From the NCBI RefSeq assembly GCF_020745735.1, contig NC_083401.1:138815740-138879739 (forward strand): DNA of 64,000 bases, written 5' to 3'. Below are positions 52,026 through 64,000 of the stretch, one piece after another. The position numbers and the translations under genes are program-made. The notes under the pieces are model-generated. The model searched no databases and was not told where the DNA came from. It saw only the letters and a list, made by a program, of their open reading frames with translations. How positions within the stretch are numbered: the stretch's first letter is position 1; each line of letters starts with the position of its first letter. This DNA is from Hemiscyllium ocellatum. Taxonomy: Eukaryota.

Positions 52026-52460
52026 CCATGTGGACTAATTAAATAGAGATCAGTTGAAATTTTTGGCTTAGAATGTGATTAAAATTTGTTGAGAAGACAA
52101 TGAGGGTGTAATGGATTACCAAGGCTTAATTTTATTTCCGAGTAAGTTGTGAAGGAAATTATTATTCACTCAAGTAGGAATCAAAAGGTGGCATAGGAGA
52201 GAATAAAGACATTATAATAAAAGATATCAGTCATTGAGCTACATAGCTCATGATTTGGTCATAAACCAGTTGAATGTTGAGAGTGGAATCCCTTTTGGAT
52301 ATGTTGTAAGACTGTGTTTGCATGCAGGACCAATAATGTTAAATGTGTACATCTAATAGTTCTCTGCACATTCAGGAAATCTACAATTCTGGGAAAGCTT
52401 GAGAGTTTACTCTGGCAAGTTTGATTGAAATATATTTAGCTTTCATGGTCATCTAGTGAC

Positions 52461-52601
52461 CCAGGAGAAAGTGTGGACTGGAGATCAGAGTTGAGGGTGT
52501 GGTGCTGGAAAAGCAGGTCTGGCAACATCTAAGGAGCAGGAGATGTCCTGATGCTCAGATGCTGCCTGAACTGCTGTGCTTTTCTAGCACCACATTCTTG
52601 A
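52461..52601. mobile_element. Penelope pLTR hairpin insertion
   Basis: Opposed pLTR ends; 11-bp TSD CATCTAGTGAC (52450-52460 / 52602-52612). Confidence 0.82.
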
Positions 52602-52619
52602 CATCTAGTGACTGTCCTC

Positions 52620-54450
52620 CTTGAACTTGAGATGGCAAGCTACAAGATGCTTAAAAGATCTCCAGCAGCAACTTGGAAAATGAGATGATTGAAAGTTTTT
52701 GCCACTGGCACCTTCATAGCCATTGACAATGCAATGTTGCTACAGTAAGTGGCAGATTTCATTGCAGACCACTTACTGAAGTGCCGACATCTTGCACGTT
52801 CTTCCCTGAGGTTCAGACATGAGAATTGCTCTCTGAGCATCTTGGATAGGTAATACTTCGGTTGGACTTTTTGGCTCCTGTTCTTTTCTCATCCAGCAGC
52901 TTGTCCTTACTGTGTGCTATCTACGTTTCCCTAAGAAATTCAGCTTTTCAAGGGAAATGCTGATGTGTTTGCAAGTCATTGATTTGTGCAGAAGCCTTGA
53001 TGTCAGCAAAATGTCATTTAACATCTGTCACAACACCACACCCTGTCAATTTTTGCAACTCGAAGCAAAAAATAAAGTACAAATATTTGTAGAATAGAAA
53101 CAACGATTGGAATAACCTAACCAGCACTTAACTGTATGTAGTGGGTGATCCTGTTAAACAGTGTTCATGCAAAGGGGGTTCTTCCTGCTGTTGAAAGTTT
53201 GTTCATTAGTGTGAGACTAACAGAAAGCATTCTTTGGAATGTGAGCTACAAAATTACATCATAAGCATTAAATCAACATTCCATGCAGATTGACATCATG
53301 ATCTGCCAGTTGCACAATTCTGGCACATCTTAAAATCTTCACAAAATGGTGTGTATTACCACTTTTGCCACATAAGTTTGTGCATAAGGAGCAGATACCA
53401 TTTTGGTGCTTTCAGGGTAGGTTTAGCATCAAAAGGTGCAAGCAATTCCAGTTTCTAAGCTATTTCATTCACAAACCATTGCCTGGTCAACCAGCAGAAC
53501 ATAATTCACTTTTGTTTATTTTTGCTTCTACTCACAAACAGATACTTTTTAAAAAAAAATGGATTTTTTGCAAAAGTTGAATTTGGCTACAGCAAAAACA
53601 CCTGGTTAGTGTTCCATTTGAAACCCAGATAAAGCTAGAATGCGTAACAATACTTTAAAGATATTTCCAAAGATGTCAGTCTGCAAACAGTGTCAACTAT
53701 CTCTTGCAGTGCAACTTGGAAAAGATTTTGAACAATTCCAAGATTAAATAAACTGGCCTGAAGCCATGAGGAGTCTATTGAAGTATCATTCAGTTTCTGG
53801 TATTTTTCTTTCCACTGGCCAGACAGACTGATGTTCCACATTGCTGGTGTCTCTTACACTATGCCTCATTTTTTGTTTCATCCAGTTTAGCATATTTCAC
53901 AATTGGCCTCTCTTATACTCACTTACTGCTCACTATTTGCCTTCTCAATGCAGTTTACACTTTCTTGCAGATACCTGAGGTGTCCTGTCAATGGAAGAAT
54001 CACAGTAATTATTTGGTTCTCCATCTTAATTGTCTAAAGATTGGTTTCCATTGTTCACCTGTCCAGAAGTCCCATCTTGGAGACCTGCCATGAATTAGAT
54101 TGGTTGATAGCTTTGTCATTTCAGTAGTGCTGATGGTACTAGTGGTGAGGATGACAAGTTGGCATCAGAGTGTATGTACTAGAGTCCAGGATCATGTGCA
54201 CCTTTGGTGGAGTCTCAGAGTAAGGAAGAAAAAAAATTGGGCAAGTGGGGGTGAGGAGGGTGGAGCTCATAATGAGAGGGGGGACCACTTGCAGGGAGGG
54301 GCAGACCTTGAGATAGGGGGAATGCACAAACTCTGTCCAGTGTCATCTTTGCCTCATGCCACTGAACCTCCTACAGGCCTCAACTGAGACCAGGTGGAAG
54401 AAACGGCCCTTTGGTGGTATTGTCGGAACGTTCCTTTAAAATTGGGGACA
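52620..54450 (-). mobile_element. Decayed PIF/Harbinger element (transposase N-terminus plus possible Myb-like gene trace)
   Basis: 52640-52840: LREQFSCLNLREERARCRHFSK…ALSMAMKVPVAKTF…FQVAAGDL is HARBI1-like; weaker Myb/SANT-like traces around 54130-54450. Confidence 0.55.
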
Positions 54451-54849
54451 TGTTAAAAGTGGATAGGACAGTGACAGAAGGCCATCCAGGTAATTCTATG
54501 GGTCACATCCAATATGGAAACCCAATCTTTTCTTGAGTTCTGGACGCCAGATAAGCAATCTAATAGTATAATAGCCATGAAAGTGTTGAGAGTGATGGTG
54601 GTGAAGAACAACCATGTACCCTCAGCCCATAACTTGAAACTGACATTGTATTTTTGGATGCTGCTGCTGAGGAGCTCTGTATGGATCAGGAAGTGAAGAG
54701 AGTCCAGGATGCATTTTTGGACCCATATAACTCTGAGAATGCAAAGATAAACCATTTTTTGGAATTCTCTGCCTATGATTCGATAAGAAAGAATGGAATG
54801 AAGCTCCCCAGCTGGATAATAGCATTGGAAGAGGGTCGTGGAATTAGCT

Positions 54850-55450
54850 GATTCCCCAAAAGATGTAGACAGCTGTGCAGGATAAGATGGGAATGTTTAC
54901 TTTTCTTGCATTCACTTAGGCTGTCATTTGCAACTTTGCTAAGAGCTACTTCTGTATTGTGACCACAAAGGAAACCTGATTGCAGGAATTTGAACATGGT
55001 GTTTGGGAGAAGATGGCACAGATTTAAGAAGTGACAAGACAGTTCAAAGGATTTCACCCAACAAAGAAATGTTGGAGATTGCCCAGATGGAAGATTTGAG
55101 GGTTAATTTTTTTTTTGAAGAGAATGATTGATTATAACAGATATGAAGAGAACTGGGACATTTCCTGAGGATAGAGAATCATTAACAATCTTAGTGTGGG
55201 AAGCAGGAAGGAAAATTGAGTGGTCTGTGTAGTTCAGTGTGAATAGGGCTAAGAGAGGTAAAGGTGTATTGCATGGACAAAATGAATTCAGAGAAGCTGG
55301 AAGGGGAGATGCCCTGGAAAATAAAGTTACAAATTCAGGTTTAGGACAGGGGAGTCTTCAAGAAAATAGGCTTGGTGGGCTGAGAGACGTGAGAAGACTG
55401 GTAGAGACAGCTGACCAAATGGTCCACATCTTGGTGACGAAGAAATCCAT
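54850..55450 (-). mobile_element. L2 LINE RT remnant
   Basis: FLQSGFLCGHNTEVALSKVANDSLSECKKSKHSHLIL (L2 QSGF…STETAL.KVTND motif). Confidence 0.75.
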
Positions 55451-56834
55451 GAGGTAAGTCACATTTGTAACAGGTGACTGTATAGGAGATGAAAAGGATG
55501 GGTTTAAGAAGAAGAGAAGAAACAGAAGAGAATTAGCAATTGGCTCAAAACAGTTGTAATTATCCTAACAAAGATGATGATATTAATATTATAAAAGTGG
55601 TCAATACTACCATTTTGAAAGGAACCATTAACATTTAGAAACTCTTGCTGATGTCTTTTTGCTGCAAAAATCCCTTGAACTGCTACTTCTGTTGGGATGT
55701 TCTGCTTACCCTGACAAACCTACTGCCATTTCTTTAACTTATCCCCATTTTTAACTCATGAGGGATTTCCCTTCTCATGATATTATGCTTGTAAATCATG
55801 TTATAATCATTCATTATTTCATTAACTTCATTGTTTCTATATTGTGGATATGGATGATATAGAGTGTATTGCACACATCCAGAATTACTTCAGGATGTGT
55901 GCAGCTTTTTATGCCTTTGCTTATCAGAGACAGTCCGATAAAGTCAAAATGTTTTCGATATGTTATTGCAATTTACAAAGGGTTGATGTGGCATTGCTTG
56001 CTTTTATAGCCGCACTCCTGACAGCATGAACCATCCTGCTCTGAGGCTTCCTTCTTGGGTTCTAAGTAGTCTTGCACCCTTAACTTTGTCTCTGACAATA
56101 TTTACTGTGCAGAAACCTTTGAGAATCAAAGGACGTTGATCACCTGAGTTCCCCAATAATGGCCTACAGTTTTTCAATCATTATGCTCTTAGTGTATCTA
56201 CTTTTTTAAAACTTGAAATGCTTTATTGTTTGTAAACTACAGTAGATTTTCACTTGAATGTGAATAATGCCATTAGATGGCAGCAGAATTACTTAGGTGA
56301 GCAGGAATTTACACCTGCTGTGTTTTTGATGCATCACAGAATATTTAAGTCTGTGCACAATTTACTCTGCATCTCATATTTTCTTATTTCCTTCATGCTG
56401 TTTGTTTTCAGCCTAGAACCCAAATTATCCTAATGCAAAATTGCTGCTGGCTAAAATAACAATGTCTTCCTCAGTTTAGTTTCTCCCAGTCTTTGCCTGT
56501 TTTGTCTGTATTTCTATAGCTTGGTTTTGTGTCATCACATAAAACAGCTGATAAATTTCGCAGTTTTCTTTACATCTCTCCCTGATTTTACCCTTATTGG
56601 AGATCAGATTTGCTCCCTTGTTCCAGAATACAGTTTCCTGTAAAGTGTTCAGTTGCTTCTCTTCTTGAGTTTTTCTTTTCCTAACTTTTTTTTGTCATAT
56701 TCAACCAGACCAGTGTTGCTGATGTTCTGACGTCCTGCAGCCTGGCATTAGCTCTCATGGACATTTCAGCAAGTTTTATTTTCATTTTGAATCTACTCTC
56801 AGCTAATGACATTTTGTTTCAGCGTAACCATCTG

Positions 56835-57144
56835 GGTGACATGGTGGCACAGTGGTCAGCACTGCTGCTCATAGCACCAGGGACCCGGGTTCAATTCTGG
56901 CCTCAGGCAACTGTCTGTGTGGAGTTTGCACATTTTCCCCATGTCTGCGTGGGTTTCCTCCCACAGTCCAAAGATGTGCAGGTTAGGTGAATTAGCTATG
57001 TTAAATTGCCTATAGTGTTAGGTGCATTAGTCGGGGTAAATGTAGGGGAATGGTTCTGGGTGGGTAGCTCTTTGGAGGGTCGGTGTGGACTTGTTGAGCC
57101 AAAGGGTCTGTTTCCACACTGTATGGAATTGAATCTAATCTAAT
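56835..57144 (+). mobile_element. HE1-type tRNA SINE
   Basis: TGGCACAGTGG A-box, GGTTCAATTC B-box, HE1 core, AATCTAATCTAA tail. Confidence 0.9.
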
Positions 57145-57996
57145 GAGTATATATGCATATTAATTATTCACCATGAAATAGCTTTGTAGAATTTTTCTTT
57201 TCGTATCTTTTTTCTCTTTCAACCTAAATGGTAGGCTGACAGTGCAAATTAGTCTCCCATTAAATGTGCTGCATGATATTCATGAAGTGGAGTTCAATAT
57301 TTGCCCTCATTCAAGGTCGGGGGGGGGGAGGTGCTTGCATATTCTGACAAAGTTGTGTGGCGTGTACAGGGGTCAATTAATAATTCTTTAGGAGCTGACT
57401 TATTGAAACCAGGGATAAAAGACCAGTGAAACCTATTCAGTAACACTGGATGCTGAAAATGAGTCATTGGGCATGAAATGCTAACTTTGTTTCTTTCCCC
57501 ACTAAAGCAACCAGAGCTGCTGAGCTTCTCCAGCACTCTTTAATATTACTGCAGATCTTCAGCATCTGCAGTGGTTTGCTTTTGTCATTTATGTTCATGT
57601 TGGTTGACAGTGGTCTGTATAGTCTGATCCTTGCAGAACATTACTTTTTACCAGTACAAATGATTACTCCTAGCCTCTACTTTCTATTTTGTCGCCAGTT
57701 TACCATCCATTTTTATACTTGATCCTGACTGCACATGTTCTGACCTTAAACATAAATCTACTCAAAATACTTTATTGGAAGTCTATTCAAAATGCAAATA
57801 TGTTACATTTATTTTGTTACCCGTGTTTACTTGTTACTGCTTCTAATCTTGTTTTACTCTTTCTGCTATACATGTTATTCTTTCTGTTGCTTTTAGTCTT
57901 CCACTTTCTGCTCTTTATGTTCTATTTTTTTCCTTTACTACTTGCTGTTATTTCTAGGTGATTTTATTTAGACAACAAAAGGTTAAAAACTTGAGA

Positions 57997-58225
57997 GAGT
58001 TAAATATCATTCAACACCAGGTTATAATCCAACAAGTTTATTTGGAAGTACAAGCTTTCGGAGCGCTGTTCCTTTGTCAAATAGCTAGTAGAGTAGGATC
58101 ATAGGGCATACATGTAGCCCCTTGATGAAGGAGCAGTGCTCCAAAAGCTTGTATTTCCAAATAAACCTGGTGTCATGTGATTTTTAACTTTGTCCACCCC
58201 AGTCTAACACCAGCACATCTACATT
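57997..58225. mobile_element. Penelope family-2 inverted pLTR pair
   Basis: Reverse and forward copies of the 11100-11190 pLTR sequence; hammerhead cores mutated (TTGATGA…CAAAA). Confidence 0.75.
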
Positions 58226-59999
58226 ATTTCCTGATAGAGATTCATTGATGTTGAAAGGTCACAAGAAATGACAAGATTGGGGTATTAGAGCAGAGAGGAT
58301 TGCTTCCTATTTTATCCTGAATGGTACGTGTCATTGACTAAGACAGACAAGTGGAACAAATGGATAGACAAGGATTTAGATATTATGAATCACTCATTCA
58401 TTATGAAATGCTCTCATTTCTGATCATCATCAAAAGTAAATGCAGAGAATAAATACAGATGGGTAGAATTTCTGTGAGGTTTTCCTGCTCTCCTCCATAA
58501 CTTTAACTGAAACATCAGAAAAAAACTATAAAAACAGTAGTTTACACTCATTCCTTGAGTTTATGTTGATCATTTGTGAAACTTAATTTAAGAGATTGGA
58601 GAAAGCTGAGCAGACATTCCAGACACACATGTTCTACCAGTTGTAGTGTATGGTGGTTGATCATTTGAAAACTGTGTTTATCAATTGCGTTGTTCGAAAG
58701 TTTACTCTCAGAACAGTAATTATTTAAAGTTATCAGCATTTGGCAGATGCAGGTCTGAACTTTGTCGCTATAGTTGTTACAAAAAAGTTATTGTTTAAGG
58801 TACGTTTCGTTAACAATGAACACTCAACGATGCATTCAGTGACGATCAAAAAGCTCAAGGCAGCTGGAGCAGGCATAAAATTATTCACATTTTGCAAAAT
58901 TTAATCTGCCTGTTTGATAGTCTTAAAATAAGGAAGTAGAACACTGCAAAATGTTAAGTTTTTTTTCTGAAGTACAGCCAATTCCTGTTCATATGCTTAA
59001 CTGGTAAAGCATTTCAGAATAGAGTTTCTGGATTCTGTCAAACAACACCTCACAAATTTAGGTTGCTATAATGTTTTTAACTGTTTGTGCTCCACTTGAT
59101 TTATCCCAATATGGTAAGAAGATTCATAAAGATTTTTCTCTATTGGCCAAAGGTACTAATATGGAATTGTCCCTCCATTATTAACGTTCATGCATAAATA
59201 AACTATAGCAGACAGTATTTTAGAAGCTTCGCATACTGAGTTACTTGATACCATCATGTCGTTGAAGGTTAATGCAATAATCCAACTTCTAATTTGTTAC
59301 AGTTGTGAAAATGTTTTCAAAGATTGGTGTAATGTTTAAAAATAAATGCAAGTTTCATGTTCAGTCAATTCAGAATATTATTTCAGAAACATTGGGAATT
59401 GTCAATAATTTGGTAAAGGGACTGAGAGTAAATTCTTTATGATTGTGCTCCAAGGCACATTATAGGTCACAGTGGGTTGTTACCTGCCTATCCATGACCA
59501 CAAATCTGTTCGAAAGGGACCTCCCAGGAGTGCAATGTTGCTGAATCTGTCCATTTTATTGCAGTTTAATAGATTTATATAGCTGTAATTATTTTTGGAA
59601 TGATGTATGTAAACGCACTACATTTTAAAATTAAAATAAATTGAATTTTGCTCTTAAAAGATGATTCTTGAAAGATCTGTATAATTGCACATCTTTTCTA
59701 ATGCACAAAATACAGGTATGAATATATAATAGGCTTATTCAGTGAGCCAGTGCTGGTCTAAAGTAGTGTTTATATTTAGTATAAGTACATAAATATTTTG
59801 ATGAAATTTGCTGATTGGGAAATGTCTCCTGTTACTGCCACAACTGTGTTTGTGATTTTTTTCCCCATATTACCCAGTGCCCACAAAACCTCTAAGAGGC
59901 CGATTTTATGATTATTAAGAAATTAGTTTGGATCAGGTGACATAGAATTACAATGGATGAAAGTAAGCAATAACAAGGAGAAGATTTAGGGTTATATTT

Positions 60000-61395
60000 T
60001 AGGTCCACTAACAGTGATTGGTATGCAACAGAGAATATATCAGGAGATAATGAGGTAATGTAATAAAACACAGCACATTTATCAAGGGTGACTTTGACCT
60101 TCATATAGATTGGAGAAAATCAAGTTGGCAGAGGTTGCCTTGAGGAAGCATTCTTAGAGTGCATTTGGGATAATTTCCTCAAAAAAAAATGTTTTGGTTC
60201 AAACCAGGAATCGGGCTGTTTTGGATATGGTAATGTGTAGAGGCAGGTTTAATAAATTATCACAGAATATAAGATCCCCTAGGGAACATGACCATAACAT
60301 TGTAGAATTTAACATTCAATTTAAGAGTGAGAAACTTAGGTCCAAATCAACTGTGCTAAATTTAAATAAGGATAATTACAAGAATGAGGGCAGGGTTGGC
60401 TGGATTGGACTAGAAAAGTAGTTTAGCTGAAAAGATTGAAGGTTGAACAAAGACAAACATGTTAAAACAAGTGCATGACTCATGACAAGGATTATATCCC
60501 AGTGAGGAAGAAGAGCTGTAGGAAGTGGATAAACCAGCAATAATTAATGAAGGTATTAAGGACACTACCAGATTGCAAGGAAAACCTTCAATGTGGCTAA
60601 GATTAGTGATAAATCAGGGAATTTGGGAGTGTTTTAAAAGCTAACAAGGACAGCCAAAAAGGTAATCAGGTGAGAAAATAAACTTTGAGAGCAAAGTGGT
60701 AAATAGCATAAAAACAAACTGTAAGAGCTCCTTTAAATATGTAAAAAAAAGACACCTTTGGATCTGGGCTCTTTAGAGAAGGAAGATGGACAAATAATAA
60801 TGGAGAGTCAGAAAATGGCAGAGGACTACTAAGAGCTGTAACATTAGAGATTTGGGATCATACTGCAAGAATCACAAAAAACTAGCACCCAAGCAGCAAA
60901 TAATAGGGAAGGCAATGGAATGTTGGCCTTTATTTCGAAGGGAATGAAGCATAAGTGTACAGAGGTCTTGCCAAAACTATACAAGACACTGGTCAATACT
61001 GTGAACAGTTTTGGTCTCATTCTCTAAGGAACGTGAATACACTGATTAAACAGGTTAAATACGGAAAGGTCTTTCTCCTTGTGAATGTGTCTAGGAATAC
61101 AGAACCCAGTCTCAGAGTAAGGAGTTGCCCGTTTAGCACACAGATGAGCAGAAAATCTTTGTAATAGAGAGTGGTCACCTGTGGAATTCTTTACTGCAGA
61201 AGCTGTTCATTATGGGTGTGTACGTTCAAGGTTGAGACAGACAGATTTTAATCATTAAAGAAATTAAGGGTTGTGGGATAAGTGGCGATATAAGGAAAAT
61301 GGAGATGAAAGTGATTGAATTCAGCATATAAACATTGGCAGAACAAAATCAATGGGCTGAATAGCCTATTTCTACTCCTGCATTTTATGGTCTTT
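60000..61395 (+). mobile_element. Decayed CR1 LINE
   Basis: NRAVLDMVMC…HDHNIVEFNIQF; YCEQFWSH; CR1-type 3' UTR. Confidence 0.75.
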
Positions 61396-62807
61396 TAGTT
61401 TGTGCTTTTCTTTCAGATGTATTCTGATAGCTGGTAAAAAGGTTGGTAAAAACCCTCCTGACACATCTCTTTGGGGTTCCCTTTCAATCTGTCCCTGATC
61501 AGGTGAGCAGAGGGAGAGGGTGGAATGGAAGAACTTGTTCTTAACAACCCAAGATAATCAGAATGCAATGCAATGAAAATAGATTTTGACTTATTTGCAA
61601 TCTCTGCTGGCCCTAATTAAAAACAGATTGAGTCACAGAATTTGTTTCCAAAGCTAGATTAAAAGTCCTGAGGGTGAATTTCCTCAGAGCTTCTCACATT
61701 CCACCTTCTAAATTTCATTGGATGGAAAGCAGAAGCTCCCGCTTTTGGGTGTAAATCAGGTTTCTAACAGTTTCTTCAACAATACAACAGCAGTTTGGCA
61801 GTAGCTCTGAGGAAATTCATTCACACCACATCCTTCTGACACCCTGGCTTGTCTTTGTCAAATATTTCTTCACTGATTTCTGTTTCTCTTTCGACCCTGA
61901 ATTTATTTTGCTACCTTTTGATGCACAATTGTTTCAACAATTTGACATTTTCTTTTCTCATTTTTTTATACCAAATCTCATTTTGTACATCACTGTCCTC
62001 ATGTATTGCAAAGACTTGTGCCCTTTTTCAACTCTTTGACATCTTACTGGACTCTTGTCCCTCATGCTGTCATATATGACATAATTCTCTTGTGTTGTGC
62101 TTTGTTGCTACAATTACACAAGTTTAATCTTTTGCTTTCTTATCATTCCTTTGAATTGTTTAACCCATTTTTCCCTGCCTGATTATTTTGCTGTATGTAT
62201 CATTTTCTCTCCTTTTCCTCTCTCCTTCTGTTTGTCCTTACCTCTTCCATATCTGTCTTCCTTACATTTTCCATTGTATGCCCCTCTATTAGTTTCTCTC
62301 AATTCTTTGTCTTGCCATGCCTTTCCTTACCTTACTCATTCCATTGTCTGACCTCTCTTTGCATCTGAGCTCTCTTTCTTTCATGAAGGATCTGTTCTGA
62401 GAAAGGGTCACTGGATCCAAAACCTTAACTCTGATTTCTCTCCAGAGATGTTGCCAGACCTGCTGAGCTTTTCCAGCAATTTCTTGGTCTCTTTCTTTAA
62501 CCTTTACGGAAGAGCAGTGATGTCTCGTTCAGCAATCAGAAGAAGTTGATCGTTTATATCATTGATAACAATCTCTTATTGGTATTTATGTATGTAACAA
62601 TGTATTTATCTTTCACCTTTAATATAAGGCTATCTCTAGAGAAGTTAATTGTATCTAAACTATCACATTTTGACCTTTAAAAGAACAGTAAAACATGATC
62701 ATGCAACTTTATAAATACCGTGTATAAATTAAATATGCTTTATAAATAATGGAAGCATTGGACCTTTATTTGAAAATATGTAACAGTGTATATATATTTC
62801 TTTTTAG

Positions 62808-62919
62808 ATCCAGGTTATAGAAGAAGATAAAGTTCGAAGGTCAGGCCAGCTCTTCGTAACAAATACCAAGGGCCAAGTTCCTCCCCTTGTTACCACCAAC
62901 TGTATGGTACAGGATCAAG
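62808..62919 (+). CDS. SEC24D: SEC24D coding exon 6 (not in the ORF track)
   Basis: Acceptor [49 protein letters not shown] (cf. human IQVIENDR…GQIPPLVTTDCMIQDQG), donor AAG|GTAACA. Confidence 0.96.
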
Positions 62920-63369
62920 GTAACATGTTTGTTAATATTGTTAATTTCATATCATTTTGAAAATGATATGAAATCATTATGGAACATGAATCACAGTGCT
63001 ACGTTACTACTATTCTTAATTGGTACACTTGATAACTAACCCACCACCATATACTTGAGTGATTTCCTGCCATTTTACAGCCAAATATAATCTGATAAGA
63101 GCATATTTGACCTTATCTTCCATTAAGTGAATATGTTTTGTTATATAGTGCAGTGCAAGTGGCTTGCGTTGTAATATTTTATATTCTGGATTCTGAAGGA
63201 ACTTGAGCACTTTTGTAAATTTGAACTCGTGAATGTTTAAAACTTTCTTAAACAGGAATTGCATTTCAAAGGAGTGTTCAGTTGGCCGAGAAGGCTTGGA
63301 TCTCATTCTGTATGCAGCTAAAAAGCCAGTAAATCCAACTATGCTAGAAAAAGCCTTTATGCTTACAAG

Positions 63370-64000
63370 GGTTTGGAAGGGAAGTGTCAAAGGGTAGCAA
63401 AAATGGAAGTTGGTGAGTTAGAAAGTGAGGACAGGGGAGCCCTGTCACTGTTGTGGGAGGGAAAAGAGGAGGTGAGGACCACAGTGCAGGAGATGGGTCA
63501 GGCATGGCTGAGGGCCCTGTCAAGCACAGTGGTGGGGAATTCTTGGCTGAGGAAGAAGGTGTACATTCTGGTTGCCCTCTTGTAGAAGTTGGCATCGTCA
63601 GAACAGACATAATGGAGTCGGAGAAACTGGGAGAATAGAACAGAAAGGAGAGTATGACGTGTATAGTCAAGGTAACTGTGGAAATCTATGGATCCACTAG
63701 AAACAGCCTTCCACAGGAATAGTTCCTCCATGACGGATTGGTCCACTTCTCCTCCATTCTCAATATCTCTCCTCAGCCCCACAGCACCTTTGCCTGCAAC
63801 CACAGAATGTGGAACACCTTCCTGTTCACTTCCTTCCTCCATACTATCCAAGGCCCCTGCACTTCACTCAATCTAGTGTATTGTATTCAGTGCTCACAAT
63901 GTGTTCTGCTCTACACTGGAGATTGGAAGCACAGACTATGAATTGCTTTGCAGAACAACTGCGTTCTATCTATATAAAGATCCCGAGCTTCCTGCTGCCT
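63370..64000. mobile_element. Rearranged Penelope-like fragments
   Basis: Minus-strand RT thumb (HSYLDYT…FSQFLRLHYVCSD) to about 63695, then plus-strand GIY-YIG (NLVYCIQCSQCVLLYTG). Confidence 0.8.

Noticed and set aside
31495-57144. tRNA genes
   Set aside because: A/B-box-like sequences are SINE heads followed by HE1 core and LINE-like tails; no full cloverleaf.
58118-58155. Functional hammerhead in the family-2 hairpin
   Set aside because: Core positions are mutated (TTGATGA; AAAA for GAAA).
28474-62919. Assignment to SEC24C rather than SEC24D
   Set aside because: The N-terminus [14 protein letters not shown] and [11 protein letters not shown] match SEC24D; SEC24C has a different N-terminus.

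Overview
Eukaryotic, repeat-dense vertebrate DNA. The repeat families (HE1-type SINEs, CR1/HER1-like LINEs, Penelope-like elements) point to a cartilaginous fish, probably a shark (inference). The only host gene I can support is the 5' part of SEC24D (COPII cargo adaptor) on the + strand: a CpG-rich promoter and probable non-coding exon 1 at about 13.3-13.8 kb, then six coding exons (28474-28624, 33081-33207, 33758-33906, 45223-45507, 48177-48310, 62808-62919). These splice with GT-AG boundaries and consistent phases into one open frame of 958 nt ([14 protein letters not shown]...[11 protein letters not shown]|IQVIEED...[15 protein letters not shown]); the gene continues beyond the window. Nearly all ORFs in the supplied track are transposon debris or chance. 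The most notable items are: (i) a young Penelope-like family with clean 13-15 bp target-site duplications, intact minimal hammerhead-ribozyme motifs (two lying sense inside SEC24D introns) and tiny hairpin-only insertions; (ii) a cluster of TGACGTG(G/T) CREB3/XBP1-type sites plus a perfect NRF1 site at the SEC24D promoter; (iii) a 4-codon uORF just ahead of the SEC24D start codon. I found no evidence of a wholly new gene system. Repeat boundaries without a TSD are approximate.
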